Shown piece after piece: positions 49,947 to 63,490 of a stretch of 64,000 bases of DNA. The stretch covers positions 83,764,001 through 83,828,000 of the forward strand of contig NC_087437.1 of the NCBI RefSeq assembly GCF_036321535.1. The letters run 5' to 3'. The position numbers and the translations under genes are program-made. Under the pieces are notes generated by a model. That model saw only the letters and a list, made by a program, of their open reading frames with translations. It was not told the origin of the DNA and did no database searches. The DNA is from Camelus dromedarius. Its lineage: Eukaryota. Each line of letters opens with the position of its first letter. Position 1 is the stretch's first letter.

Positions 49947-50684
49947 TAGTGTAAGGACATTTTTCATCATTCCTTAGAAACAAAATGCCAACACAGTATT
50001 TGTTACATTGTAGGAAACAGACAATATGCAAAAATACAAAGATGAAAACAAAATTATTCCAAAACTATAATCCAAAGTTGAACGCTATTATATTTTTGGT
50101 ACGTTCTCTCTCAAACAATAAGTTTGGTTTAGAAACTAATTTAATAGAACTAACGACAAGTTAACGACAAGTTTGTTATTTTGGGAATACATTTAATTAA
50201 AAAATTCACCTTGCTTTCCAACAAACATGCTTTGTAAAACTAACTTACTATATAAAAATATCCTCCTTTAAGCTTTTCTTTAGGGTTCTTTTTATTAACT
50301 AATTTGCAGACAGGCTAATCCATCTAAACTGAAAAGAGTTCTCTATATAAATCTCAGCATATGCAGTGTGTGATAATTCTATTATTCACTACATAATCGA
50401 AATTTTAGAATATTTAGAGTAATTATATGCCTAGCTCATAAATAATTTTAAAAAATCCTACTAATATCCAATTTGATGTATTATAAAAATATTTTACAGA
50501 AACACACATAATTGTGCTCTGGTCTACATTTTATTTTAAAATTTAAACTGAATACACTTATTTGGTCTGAATAATCTGCATTTGTTAATGTCCCAAAATA
50601 AAGGCATAAGTAAAACTGGAAATTCCAGAAATGCTAGTATGGTATCACTTCAATGATACTGTTGCTTAAAATGGTTTATTCACT

Positions 50685-51240
50685 TATAAAGCAACTCTCT
50701 ACTGAGTTCTTACTTCCATACATGCTAGAACTTCCTTGATGCAGAATATTCTGAACACATAGGAACAAACCCTACATGATTTCACAGAACTATATATACA
50801 AGGAAAGAAAGCAGAACAAAGGTACAGGATAAAGACTGTCTGAGGGTGAGGAGGAGGGTTACTTTAGATTTAGGCAGGGTTTTCAGGTTTTCAGAAGCCA
50901 GTCTCGTGAGGGTATTTGGGAAGGTGGTGGCAGTAAATGAGAACATATGGAGCTCTGAGCAGAAGTGAGCTTGGCGTGTTCAAAGCATGCAGCTAGTCTG
51001 GAACAGCGGATTAGAAGGGGAAAGATGGAAAACAACATCTGAAAGCTAAGCAGGGTCCAGATCATTAAAGGCATTGTGGACCAAAGTAAAGACTTTAGAT
51101 TTTTCTCCCTGAGTGCAGTTTGCAATTTTTTTTTTTTTTTTTAATAAAGATCATTCTGGCTGAGTATGAAGAATGGGTTGTGGTGAGAGCAAGAGTGACA
51201 GCAGGAAGAGCAGTTATGAAGCAGTTGCCTCAGTCTAGGG
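50685..51240 (-). mobile_element. L2 LINE fragment
   Basis: gcagggtccagatcattaaaggcattgtggaccaaagtaaagactttagattt...aaagatcattctggctg. Confidence 0.75.
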
Positions 51241-51659
51241 AAGATTTCTTTAATTTAGGGTGCCAGAGAGTCACAAAGTAGACAGTGACAGGTCTAATGT
51301 GTTCATTGAATGGTAGTTAATTTGACCATTGTGAACAACGTTTTGCAGGACAAGATTCAATTCAGGGAAGCAAAACGGTTGTGAGATATTAAAAGAAAAA
51401 AAAGAAGTCATAGCTTTAAAAAATCAGAATATACAGTATTTATAACTAGATATTAATTTTTTTTATTATTTCTGCATCAATGAAGAAGTGCTTTGGGGAC
51501 AAAATTTAGAAACTACAAAAGTAGTATTTACTGCAATACTTACTTCTAATGTTACCCTTTGAGGTTAATGTTTGAAGTAGGTTTATTTTTGTCTTTCCAA
51601 AATTGACTTGCCAAGATTCAAAATTGTAGTGTGGCTTTTCTCACACTGTTTCTGAATAA

Positions 51660-52745
51660 TTTTTGAGGTTTTTAAATTGAAATATAATTGACATACAATA
51701 TGATGTTCATTTCAGGTGAACCATACAGCAATTGACATTTGCATATACAGTATTATGAAATGATCACCATGATGTGTAACACCAGCCTGTCCCCATACAA
51801 AGCTTTTACAATATTATTGACCATATTCCTTATGCTGTACATTACATCCCTGTGGCTTATTTACTATATAAGTAGAGGTTAGTACCCCTTAAGCTCCTTC
51901 ACCTATTTGCCCCCACCCCTCATTCCTTCCCTCCAGCAATCACCCATTTCTTCTCTGCAATTGAGTCTTTTTTAGTTTAGTTTTGTTTGTTTTCTCTTTT
52001 AGATTCTACATATAAGTGAAATCATATGATGTTTGTCTTTCTTGGTATGACTTATTTCACTTAGCATAATAACTTCTAGATCCATCCATGTTGTTGCTAA
52101 TAGCAAGATTTCATTTTTTAAAATGTCTGAGTAATATTAAATTGCATATATAACACAGATTCTTTGTCCGCTCATCTATTGATGGACACATTTACGTCTT
52201 TAATTTATTTTGAGGGGTTTTTTGGGTAGATGATGTGAGAAAGCAGTCCAATTTGATTCTTTTGCAGTTTTTCCAACATCATTTATAAAAGAGGCCGTCT
52301 TTTCCCCACTGTATATTCTACATTGTCATATATTAATTGACCACGTTAAGAGTGAGTTTATTTCTGGGGTTTCTATTCTCTTCCTTTGATGTGTTTTTGT
52401 GCCAGTATCATCCTGTTTTGATTACTGTAGCTTTGCAGTATAGTTTGGAATCGGGGGCATAATACTTACAGCTTTGTTTTTCTTTCTCAGGATTGCTTTG
52501 GTTAATTGGGGGTCTTTTGTGATTCCATACAAATTTTAGACTTATATATATGTTCTAGTTCTGTAAAAAATGCCATTGGTATTTTGATAGAGGTTGCATT
52601 AAATCTGTAGATTGCCATAGGTAGTATGAGCATTTTAACAATATTAATTCTTATTATCCATGAGCATGGCACATCTTTCCATGTGTTTGTGTCATCTTCA
52701 GTGGTTTTTCATCAATATCTAAGTTTTAAGAAAACATCTTTTACC
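51660..52745 (-). mobile_element. L1 copy A: 3' UTR plus a non-contiguous ORF2 piece
   Basis: 3' end tttaaattgaaatataattgacatac; ends at gatggacac (about 52190), then jumps to an ORF2 segment (about 52220-52745) homologous to 54040-54590. Confidence 0.8.
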
Positions 52746-52789
52746 ACACATTTCTTAATTATTTTACTATTTTTAAAATTTATTAAATA

Positions 52790-55700
52790 AATTTATTAAA
52801 TTAATTTTTTTATTGAGGTATAGTTAACTAACTGTATCATATTAGTTTCAGGTGTACAACATAGTAATTAAAAGTTGTATAGATTAAACTCCATTTACAG
52901 TTATTAAATATTGGCTATATTCCCTGTGCTGTACAATAGATCCTTGTATTTTATTTATTTTAAATAACAGTTTGTACTACTTAATCTTGTACCCCATCCT
53001 GCCTTTCCCCTCTTCCCTTCCCCTACTGTAATCACTAGTTTGTTCTCTATATCTGTGAGTCTTTTTTTGTTATATTCACTAGTTCAATTTTTTGATTCCA
53101 TATATAAGTGGTATCATACAGTTTCTGTCTTTCTTGGTCTGACTTAACACACTAAGCCTAAGACCCTCCATGTCCATCCATGTTGTTGCAAATGGCAAGT
53201 TTCATTTTTTATGACTGAGTAGTATTCCACTGTACAAATACAACACATTTCTTTATCCATTCATCTATTGATGGACACTTAGGGTGATTCCATACATTGG
53301 TGACTGTAAATAATGCTCCTATGAACACTTAGGTGCATTTACCTTTTTGAATTAGTGTTTTTGTTTCCTTTGTATATATACACAGGAGTGAAATTGCTAG
53401 ATCATAAGGTAATTCTATTTTTAGTTTTTTGAGAAACCTCCACACAGTTTTCTACAGCAGCTGCAACAATTTACATTCCCACCACCAGAGTAGAAGGGTT
53501 CCCTTTTCTCTACATCCTCGCCAACATTTGTTATTTGTGGTTTTGTTGATGATTGCCATTCTGACAGGTGTGAGGTGATATCTCACTGCGGTTTTAATTT
53601 GCATTTATCTGATGATTTAGCAATCTGTTCATGTGCCTGTTTGGCCATCTGTATGTCTTCTTTGGAAGAATGTCTGTTCAGGTATTCTGCTGACTGTTTA
53701 ATTGGGTTGTTTGGTTTTTTTTTGATATTGAGTTGTATGAGATGTTTATATATTTTAGATATTAACCTCTTATTGGTCATATCATTTGCAGAGGTTTTTC
53801 TCCAATTCAGTGGGCTGTCTTTTTGTTTTGTTGATCATTTCCTTTAATGTACAAAAGCTTTTAAGTTTAATTAGGTCCCATTCATTTATTTTTGCTTTTA
53901 TTTACTTTGCCTTCAGAGACAGATAAAAAAAAAAAATCATTGCAATTATTTATGTCAAAGGGTGTTCTATGTTTTCTTGTAGGAGTTTTATGATTTCAGG
54001 CCTTATATTTAAGTTTTTAATCCATTTTGAGTCTATTTTTATATGTGGTGTGAGAAGTTCTAATTTCATTCTTTTACATGTAGCTGTCCAGTTTCCCCAG
54101 CACTATTTATTGAATAGACTGTTTTTTCCTCTGTTGTATATTTTGCCTCCTTTGTTATAGATTAATTGACCATAAGTGTATGGATTTACTTCTGGGCTCT
54201 CTATGTTGTTCCATTGATCTATGTATCTATTTTTGTGTCAGTATCACACTGTTTTGATTACTGTAGCTTTGTTGTATAGTCTGAAGTGAGGAGTGTGATG
54301 ATTCCAGCCCTATTCTTCTTTCTCAAAATTATTTTGGCTATTTGGGGTATTTCTTGTTTCCATACAAATTTTAGGATTATTTGTTCTAGTTCTGTGAAAA
54401 CTGTCATTAGTATTTTCATAGGGATTGCATTAAATCTGTAGATTGTCTTGCGTAGTATGAGTATTTTAACAATATTAATTCTTCCAATCCAAGAACATGG
54501 TATATCTTTCCATCAGTATGTGTCCTCTTCAGTGTCTTTCATCAATGTCTTACAGTTTTCTGAGTACATGTCTTTTACTTCCTCAGGTAGGTTTATCACG
54601 AATCATTTTATTCTATTTTTGATGCAATTATGAATGGGATTGTTTCCTTAATTTCTCTTTTTGATAGTTCATTGTTAGTGTATGAAAGTGCAACAGATTT
54701 CTGTATGTTAATTTTGAATACTGCAACTTTACTGAATTCATTCATGAGCTCCGGCAGTTTTTTGGTGGCTACTTTAGGATTTTCTATGTCTAGTATCACA
54801 TTATCTGCAAACAGTGACAATTTCACTTCTTCCTCTCCAGTTTGGCTTTCTTTCATTTCTTTTTCTTGTCTGATTGTCGTACTTAGGACTTCCAATACTA
54901 TGTTGAATAAAAGTGCCAAGGGTGGGCATTCTGGTCTTGTTCCTGATCTTGAAAGAAATGCTTTTAGCTTTTCACCTTTGAGTATAATGTTAGCTGTGGC
55001 CTTATCATATATGGCTTTTATTGTGCTGAGGTATGTTCTCTCTATACTCACTTTCTGGAGAGTTTTTATCATAAATGGATGTTGAATTTTGTAAAAAGGT
55101 TTTTTCTCAACCTATTGAGATGCCCATATGGTTTTTATTCTTCAATTTGTGAATGTGGTGTGCCACATTGACTGATTTGCTAATACTGAATGATCCCTGT
55201 ATCCCTGGGATAAATCCCATTAGATCATGGGGTATGATTCTTTTAATGTATTATTGGATTTTGTCTGCTAATACTTTGTTGAGGATTTTTGCATCTATGT
55301 TCATGGGCGCTATTGGTCTTTAATTTTTTGTGTGATATCTTTGTCTGGTTTGTGTATCAGGGTAAGGCTGACCTCACAGAATGAGTTTGGAAGCATTCCC
55401 TCCTCTGAAATTTTCTAAATTGTTTGAGAAGGTTAGGTGTTAACTCTTCTTTAACTATTTGGTACAATTTATCCGTGAAGCCATCTGGTCCTAGACTTTA
55501 ATTTGTTGGCATCATTTTAAAATTACTGATTCAATTTCATTATTGGTAATTGGTCTGTTTATATTTTCCATTCCTCCTGGTTCAGTTTTGGGAGATTGTA
55601 CATTTCTAGGAATTAGTCCATTTCTTCTAGGTTGTCCATTTTATTGGCCTAGTTATTCATAGTAACCTCTAATGATCCTTTGTATTTCTATGGTGTCAGT

Positions 55701-58006
55701 TGTAACTTCTTTTTCACTTCTGATTTTATTGATTTGGGCCCTCTTTTTCTCTTGTTGAGTCTGGTGAAAGGTTTATAAATTTTATTTATCTTTTCAAAGA
55801 ACCAGCTCTTGTTTCATTGATATATCTTTTCTATTATTTTTTAAGTCTCTATTTCATTTATTTCTGCTCTGATCTTTATGATCTTTCCTTCTCCTAACTT
55901 TGGGTTTTGTTTGTTCTTCTTTTTCTAGTTCCCTTAGGTGCAAGTTTAGGTTGTTTGAGAGTTTTCTTGTTCCATGAGGTAAGCTTGTATTGCTATAAAA
56001 GAACTGCTTTTGCTATGTCTCAAAGATTTTGGATTGTTGTGTGTTGTTTCATTTGTCTCAAGGTATTTTTTAATTTCTTCTTTCATTTCTTCACTGACCC
56101 ATTGGTTGTTTAGTAACATATTGTTTAGCCTCCACGTGTCTGTGTTTTTTGTAGATTTTTTCTTGTAGTTGATTTCTAGTCTCATAGTGTTGTGGTCGGA
56201 AAAGATGCTTGATACGATTTCAACTTTATTAAACTTACCAAGTCTTGTTTTGTGAACTAGCATATGATTTATCCTGGAGAATGTTCCATGTGCACTTGGA
56301 AAGAACATGTATTCTGCTGATTTTGGATGAAATGTTCTATATGTATCTATTAAATTCATCAGGTCTAATGTGTCATTTAAGGCCAGTATTTCCTTATTGA
56401 TTTTCTGTCTGGATGATCTTTCCATTGATGTAAGTGGGATGTTAAAGTCCCCTCCTATAATTGTGTTACTGTCAGTTTCTCATTTTATGTCTGTTAATAT
56501 TTGCTTTATGTATTTAGGTGGTCCTATATTGGGTGCATATATACTTATATTTGGTATATCTCCTTCTTGGATTGATCCCTTGATCATTATGTAATGTCCT
56601 TCCTTGTTTCTTTCTTTCAAAGTCTATTTTGTCTGATACAAACATTGATATTTCAAATTTATTTTGATTTCCTTTTACATTAAATACTTTTTTCATTCCC
56701 TCAACTTTCAGTCTGTGTATTCCTTTATACATGTAATTCTCTTGTAAGTAGCCTATGTACAGGTCTTGTTTTTATATCCATTCAGCCACTCTGTATCTTT
56801 TGATTGGAGTACTTAGTCTATTTACATTTAAAGTAATTATTGATATGTATATACTTACTGCCATTTTGTTAATTGTTTTGGGGTTGTTTTCGCAGTTCTC
56901 TTTCATTTCTTTCTTCCTTGTTCCATCTCCTTGTGACTTGATGACTGTATTTAGTTTTATGTTTGGATTCCTTTCTCTTTTTTGTGTATGTATGTATCAT
57001 AGATTTTCGGTTTGTTGTTACAATGAGGCTTATATATAGCTGATACATATGATGAGCTTGAGTTGTTGATCTCCTAATTTTAAATGCATTTTAACAACTC
57101 TGCGTTTTTATTCTCCTCCCCTCATAATTACTATTTTTTGACATAGCTTACATCTATTTGTTTTGTATATTCCTTAGCTTCTTATTGTGGATATAGATGA
57201 TTTTACTGCTTTGTCTCTTTAATCTTCCTAACTAGCTTTATATGTGGTTGAATTACTACCTTTACTGAATATTTGTTTTTACCAATGAGCTTTTTCCTTT
57301 CATAATTTTCATTTCTCTAGTTGTGATATTTTCTTTTTCACTTAGAGAAGTTTCTTTAACATTTCTTGTAATGCTGGTTTGGTGATGTTAAACTCTTTCT
57401 GTTTTGCTTTCTGTAAAACTTTTGATCTCTCCATCAAATGTGAATGAGAGTCTTGCCTGGCAGACTATTCTTGATTGTAGGTTTTTGCCTTTCATCACTT
57501 AAAATATATCATGTCACTCCCTGCTGGCTTGCAAAGTTTTTGATGGAAAGTCATCCAACAGCCTTATGGGAGTTCCCTTGTATGAAACTTGTTGTTTTCC
57601 CCTTGCTGCTTTTAATATTCTCCCTTTATCTCTCCTTATATTTAATTTTTTTTCTATTTTAATTACGATGTGTCTGGTGTATTTTTCTTTGGGTTGATCT
57701 TCTTTGAGACTCTCTGTGCTTCTGGGACTTGGATGTCTGTTTCCCTTCCCAGGGTAGGACATTTTTTTTAGTTATCATGTCTGAATATGTTCTCTGCCCC
57801 TTTCTCTCTCTCCTCTCATTCTGGGACCCCTATAATGTGAATGTCAGTATGCTTGATGTTGTCCCAAAGGTCTCTTAAACTGCCTCATTTCTTTTTATTC
57901 TTTTTCCTTTTTCTGCTCAGTTTCAGTGATTTCCACTCTGTCTTACAGCTTGCTGATACGGTCTTCTGTATCATTTAGTGTACTGTTGATTCCTTCTAGT
58001 GTATTT
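52790..58006 (-). mobile_element. L1 copy B: about 5.2 kb, 3' UTR, degraded ORF2 (EN and RT) and 3' part of ORF1
   Basis: ORF track 55946-56425 is the endonuclease end (YMFFPSAHGTFSRINHM...SDHN), 54608-55072 is RT (GTRPECPPLALLFNIVLEVL...LFADN) and 57514-57762 is ORF1 (ILKAARGKQQVSYKGTPIRL). Many stops and frameshifts; catalytic FADD is changed to FADN. Confidence 0.95.
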
Positions 58007-58298
58007 TGATGTTGTCCCAGAGGCATCTTAAAATAAACTCATTTAAATTTTTTCCCCCCTGTTCAGCTTGGGTGATTTCCATTTATCTATCTTCTAGATT
58101 GCTCTGTATCATTTAATTTACTGTTTATCCCTTCTAGCATATTTAAAATTTTCAGTTATTGTATTCTTTAGCTTTGTTTAATTCTTCTTTATATTTTATA
58201 ACTCTTAGCTGAAATTTTCACTGTGTTCATCATTTCTTCTCCTGAAATCAGTAAGCATCTTAATAATCATTACTTTGAAGTCTTTATTAGGTAGATTG
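58007..58298 (-). mobile_element. Additional L1 ORF1-region segment overlapping in consensus position with the end of copy B
   Basis: 58007-58144 is a diverged second copy of 57854-58006, then continues into further ORF1 sequence. Confidence 0.7.
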
Positions 58299-60196
58299 AA
58301 GTGATTAAAATATTTAGAAAGGGGTTTGCTCCATCTGTATCTCTTTCCCTACCAATTTTTTTCTTTCTGCTTTCTTAGCCAGTTATCAATTTCTTAATTA
58401 GTAAGAAGCATAGTTTCTTATAATTAGATTGAAGTGTGGGCCTCCTAAGCAATTAAGAATTCCCCTGTAGCTAAAATCTGGGAAATATATCGAAGAACTG
58501 GTAACATTATTTTAGTTTAAGCAATTGTTTAATTTGGCCTATCTTATTAAAAACAGTAGTTTTAAGCTTTACAAGTTGTATGATTAAAACTTTCATCATC
58601 TGATAAACATAGTCTTCCAAATTTTTTTACTTGGAGGTAGTTAGTATGAAATATTTTCTGAGTCTGTTACCAAACACCTGTATGACCTAAAAACATTGTT
58701 TCATTTAAGTAGAGTAATTGGAACATAACAGTTGACATAAGGGAGGTTTTAGTTTTTGTTTTAGTAAATTTATTTAGCTAACATGTAAGAAATAATTGTA
58801 TTAATTATAAATCCTCTTTTAGGGAAAAAACTAGTTTCTCCATTTTGGGGGAACAAACTAAGAAATTCCCCTAAGGTTTACCCTTGAATCTCCCTCTCTT
58901 TACGCAGCCCTTGTTTTTGCTTGAGTTTCTCCAGCAGACTTATACTTCCTATCCAGAACTGCTTTCTCTAGGGAATATCCTGGAATTTCTTGCAATGAGA
59001 TATAATCTATATAAAAGAAATCATTATACCACAGAAATTCTAGCTAATGGAAGGCATTTTTGTATACTTTCATTCCAGTGTAATGGAAGACTTCAGTGAT
59101 TAGGTATATGAAATAGTGACAAAGTCACAGAGGTGCTATAGCTTTTTGTATTTATGGATTGCTGCACCAAATACAATAGCATGTCCCATATAATATATGG
59201 CTATGCCAAAATGAAAACTGAACTTATTTCAAGAGAATCATGCCATTAATGTTTAGGGGAAAGGTCAATGCATTATTTTCAGGCCTCAGAATCCTGAAAC
59301 AGCCATTGCATCTGAATGAAAAGTAGAAAGAAAATCACTGATGTCTTTGGCTGACATTTGTGAGGAGTGGAAAATGAATAAATTCACTTGCAGTGATTGA
59401 TGTAACCTAATAAAAATGTCAATAAATTCACATTATTCTGTTGCTGTGTCTCAATCATGAGTGGCTAAGTTGTGCCTACTTTTATTTCTCAAGTCAAGAA
59501 ATACCATTATTTCTTCATCCATTCCAAAGTTGAGATTGAGTGATATAACATACAAGGTATAGACTAAGTAATGTGGGGGTACATAAAGATGAATTATCCA
59601 TGGTACTACTTTCAAATTGACTTTGGCCTATAGTAAAAAAAAAAAGACATGTACCTAAATATATAATGTAATATATATATAGTTAAAATTTCAGAGGCGA
59701 AAAACAATTAAAATATGATTGCTGTTCAGAGGAAGGAGAAATTACAGAGGTACAGACAAGCACAATTATGAAAAAAGCTGCCACTTTCATATAATTTTAA
59801 CTGATATTAGAGAGTATTCAAATTTAGAACTGGGCTTGAAATCCTTGAAAAATTAGGTTCCTGCTTTCCTTTACTTTCTTCCATCTTTCTCTTCTTTTTA
59901 TTCTACCTCTATCCTTTCCTTCTTTTCCCTCTTTACTTACCATTTTCCTTCATCTACATGTACTTAGTGTTTACTGTATGCTCAGCACCATGCAAGGCAC
60001 CACAATTAATAAAATAAAGGTATCCTTAACAGATTATTGCCTCCCAAGCCCCCATTCCAATATAGTATAGCATTTTCACTCTATCCAAAAGCATGTAAGT
60101 TTAAAATATATATTAGGGAATATATATTGGAGATTTGGGAGGAGGAAGCTTAAGGGAAGAGTGAGTTGAAGCTAGTACAGAAAATTAAAATTAAGT

Positions 60197-61690
60197 CAAA
60201 ACATCATGGTACTGGCACAAAAACAGACATACGGATCAATGGAATAGCACAGAGAGCCCAGAAATAAACCCACACACTTAAGGTCAATTCATCTTTGACG
60301 AAGGAGGCAAGAATATATAATGGAGAAAAGACAGTCTATTCGGCAAGTGGTGCTGGGAAAACTGGACAACCACATGTAAATCAATGAAGTTAGAACATTC
60401 CCTCACATCATACACAAAAATAAACTCAAAGTGGCTTAAAGACTTAAACATAAGACAAGACACTATAAACCTCATAGAAGAAAATATATAGGCCAAACAT
60501 TTTCTGACATAAATCTTAGCAATGTTCTCCTAGGGCAGTCTACCTACCTGGAAATAAAAGCAAACATAAACAAATGGGACCTAATTAAACTCGTAAGCTT
60601 TTGCACAGCAAAGGAAATCATAAGCAAAACAGAATGACAACCCACAGAATGGGAGAAAATATTTGCAAAAGATGAGACTGACAGGGCTTAATTTCCAGAA
60701 TATATAAGAAGCTCATACAACATAATAACAAAAACCCAAACAACCCAATCCAAAAATGGTCAGAGGATCTAAACAAGCAATTCTCCAATGAACACATACA
60801 AATGGCCTATAGGCACATGAAAAAATGCTCACTATCACTACTGTCAGAGAAATATAAATCAAAACTACAATGAGGTGTCACCTCACACCAGTCAGAATGG
60901 CTATCATTCAAAAGTCCACAAGCAATAAATGCTGGAAATGGTGTGGGGAAAAGGGAACCCTCCTATACTGCTAGTGGGAATGTAGTTTGGTGCAGCCATT
61001 ATGGAAAATAGTATGGAGATTCCTCAAAAAACTAAAAATAGACTTCCCATATGATCCAACAACCCCACTCCTGGGCACTTATTCAGAGGGAACTCTAATT
61101 CAAAAAGAAACATGCACGTCAATGTTCATAGCAGCACTATATACAATAGCCAAGAAACAACCTAAATGTCCATCAACAGATGACTGGATAAAGAAGATGT
61201 GGTATAGTTATATAATGGAATACTTCTCAGTCATAAAAAGTAAAATAATGCCATTTGGAGCAACATGGATGGAACTGGAGAATGTTATTCTAAGTGAACT
61301 AAGCCAGAAAGAGAGAAAAATACTATATGATATCACTCATACATAGAATCTAAAAAAAAAAAAAAAAAGAATTAAAAAAAGACACTAATGAACTTATCTA
61401 CAAAACAGAAACAAACTCATGGATGTAGTAAACAAACTTATGGTTACTTGAGGGAAAGAGGGTGGGAAGGGATAAACGGAGTTCGAGATTTACAAATACT
61501 AACTACTAAATATAAAATAGCTAAAAAACAAATTTCTTCTGTACAGCACAGGGAACTATATTCAATATCTTGTAGTAACCTGTAATGAAAAAGAATGTAA
61601 AAATGGATACATATTATGTATATGTATGACATTATGCTGCTCACCAGAAACTGACACATTGTAAATTGACTATACATCAATTAAAAAAAA
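60197..61690 (+). mobile_element. 5'-truncated L1 (ORF2 C-terminus, 3' UTR, poly(A)), cetartiodactyl-type 3' end
   Basis: tggtactggcacaaaaacagac (WYWHKNR); ORF 60987-61346 VQPLWK..W.FLK.L...YDP..PLLG; tail cagaaactgacacattgtaaattgactatacatcaatt followed by A8. Confidence 0.95.
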
Positions 61691-62469
61691 GATTAAATGG
61701 AGTAAATGGGGTAGGCAATACACTATGTTCAATCCTTTTTTTAACAGGAAATTAAGAGTAATCATGAACCAAATGAATGGCTTGGTAGTTTTTCTCTACT
61801 GATGGGCAGTGTCCGGGCTGCTGGAGCCTCTACAAGGGCTGTGGACAGGCAATGTGCAGGTGAGAGGAAGCCCCAACAGGGGTAGAAGACAGTGCAGATG
61901 CTGCACTACTGCACCTGAGAGCCTGGTGGGACTGTCCCAGGAAACACTTAAGGGCATTACAAAAGGGTGCTGAGGTCCTAGTATTATGGGATAAGGGTTA
62001 AGAAAACAGTAGACTTTTGGGCCATACATACAAATGATAATTATAGGACAATATGTTAAGTGCAATGTAGATATCTACCAGTAGAGATTAAGCAAGGATA
62101 TTTCATATAAACTGAGTCATCCATCATAAAATGAATTTGCTGACTGAGTTAAGGGTGATGGGGGTGGGGGAAAGAGAGGGTTTTCCAGGAAGAGGGTCAA
62201 GTATGATTCACCTAAACATTCATTTGAATATTTCATTTGAAATCTGAATCAAATAATGATTCACTGTTAATAGAATATAAACTAAGAGGTAGAAAAGGCA
62301 GGATATAAGGCTAAAGATATGTAAGTGGAGGCCAATCATACAGAACCTTGGATTTCTATATTCATTGGCATGGCATGATTTTAGTCCTGTGGGTGAAAGA
62401 AAGCAGTGAAGGATTTTAAGCAAAGAAAAAAAGTTAAAAATGAGGAAAACTAGTTTTATATCTTAAAAT

Positions 62470-63490
62470 ACTAATTCAACAAATGGTGCTGAAATTATCC
62501 ATAAGCCAAAAAGAAAAAAAAAAAAAAAGAACTTTGGCCCATACCCCACACTTTCTACAAAAATTAACTCAAAATGGATCATAGACCTACATGTATAGTG
62601 TAAAACTATAAAACTTCTAGAGGATAGTAGAGGAGAAAATCTTCGTGACCTCGGACTAGGTAGAGTTCTTACATTCCATGCCCAAAAGGACAATCCATAA
62701 AAGAAAAAAAAATCAAAAAGTAGACATCAAAATTAAAAATACTTACTCTGCTAAAGACACTGTTCAAAGAATAGAAAAACAAGCTACAAACTTGAAAAAT
62801 ATCTACATACCACATTTCTGACAAAGAAATGTATTCAGAAAATATTTTTAAAAGACCTTCAAAGCTCAACATTAAGAAAAAAACAACTCAATGAAAGAAA
62901 GCGGATAAAAATTGGAAGACACACTTCACCAAAGAAGATACAAGGATAACAAATAAACATATGGAAAAAGATCTAAATCAATCATCATAGGGAAATGCAA
63001 ATTAAAATGACAATATGATACTAATATTGACTCACTAAAATGACTGATTTTTTTTCTTAAATGACACTATAAAGCATTGTTGGTGATGCAGAGCGCTGAA
63101 ACTCTCATTAGTTACTAGTAGGAACATAAAATGGTACATACAGTTTAGAAAACAGTTCAGCAGTTTCATATAAAATTAAACATACATTTACTGTCTGATC
63201 TAGTCATTCCACACCTCGCTGTTTCTCCAAGATAAACATAAATACGTGTTTACACAGAGACTTATACATGAATGTTCATAGCAGTTTTGTTAATAATCAT
63301 CTGAACTGGAAACAACCCAGATGTCCTTCAATCACTGAATGCAGAACCAAAGGATAGTACATGATACAGTTTTCGCTCAGCAACAACAGAGAGGCACGAA
63401 TCTCAAGTGCATTCTGCTTAGAGAAAGAAGCCAGACTTGAAAGTCTATACATTGTGTACATCCATTTACAGAACATTCTGGAATACAGCT
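62470..63490 (+). mobile_element. Old L1M ORF2-end remnant
   Basis: aaaattaactcaaaatggatcatagacctac...cacttcaccaaagaagata...gaatgttcatagcag. Confidence 0.85.

Noticed and set aside
52790..58006. Potentially active L1
   Set aside because: No 5' UTR, fragmented ORFs, and the RT motif reads FADN.
60180..61700. TSD for the plus-strand L1 (aaaattaaaattaagt vs aaagattaaatggagt)
   Set aside because: Only a loose AT-rich match; cannot be called.
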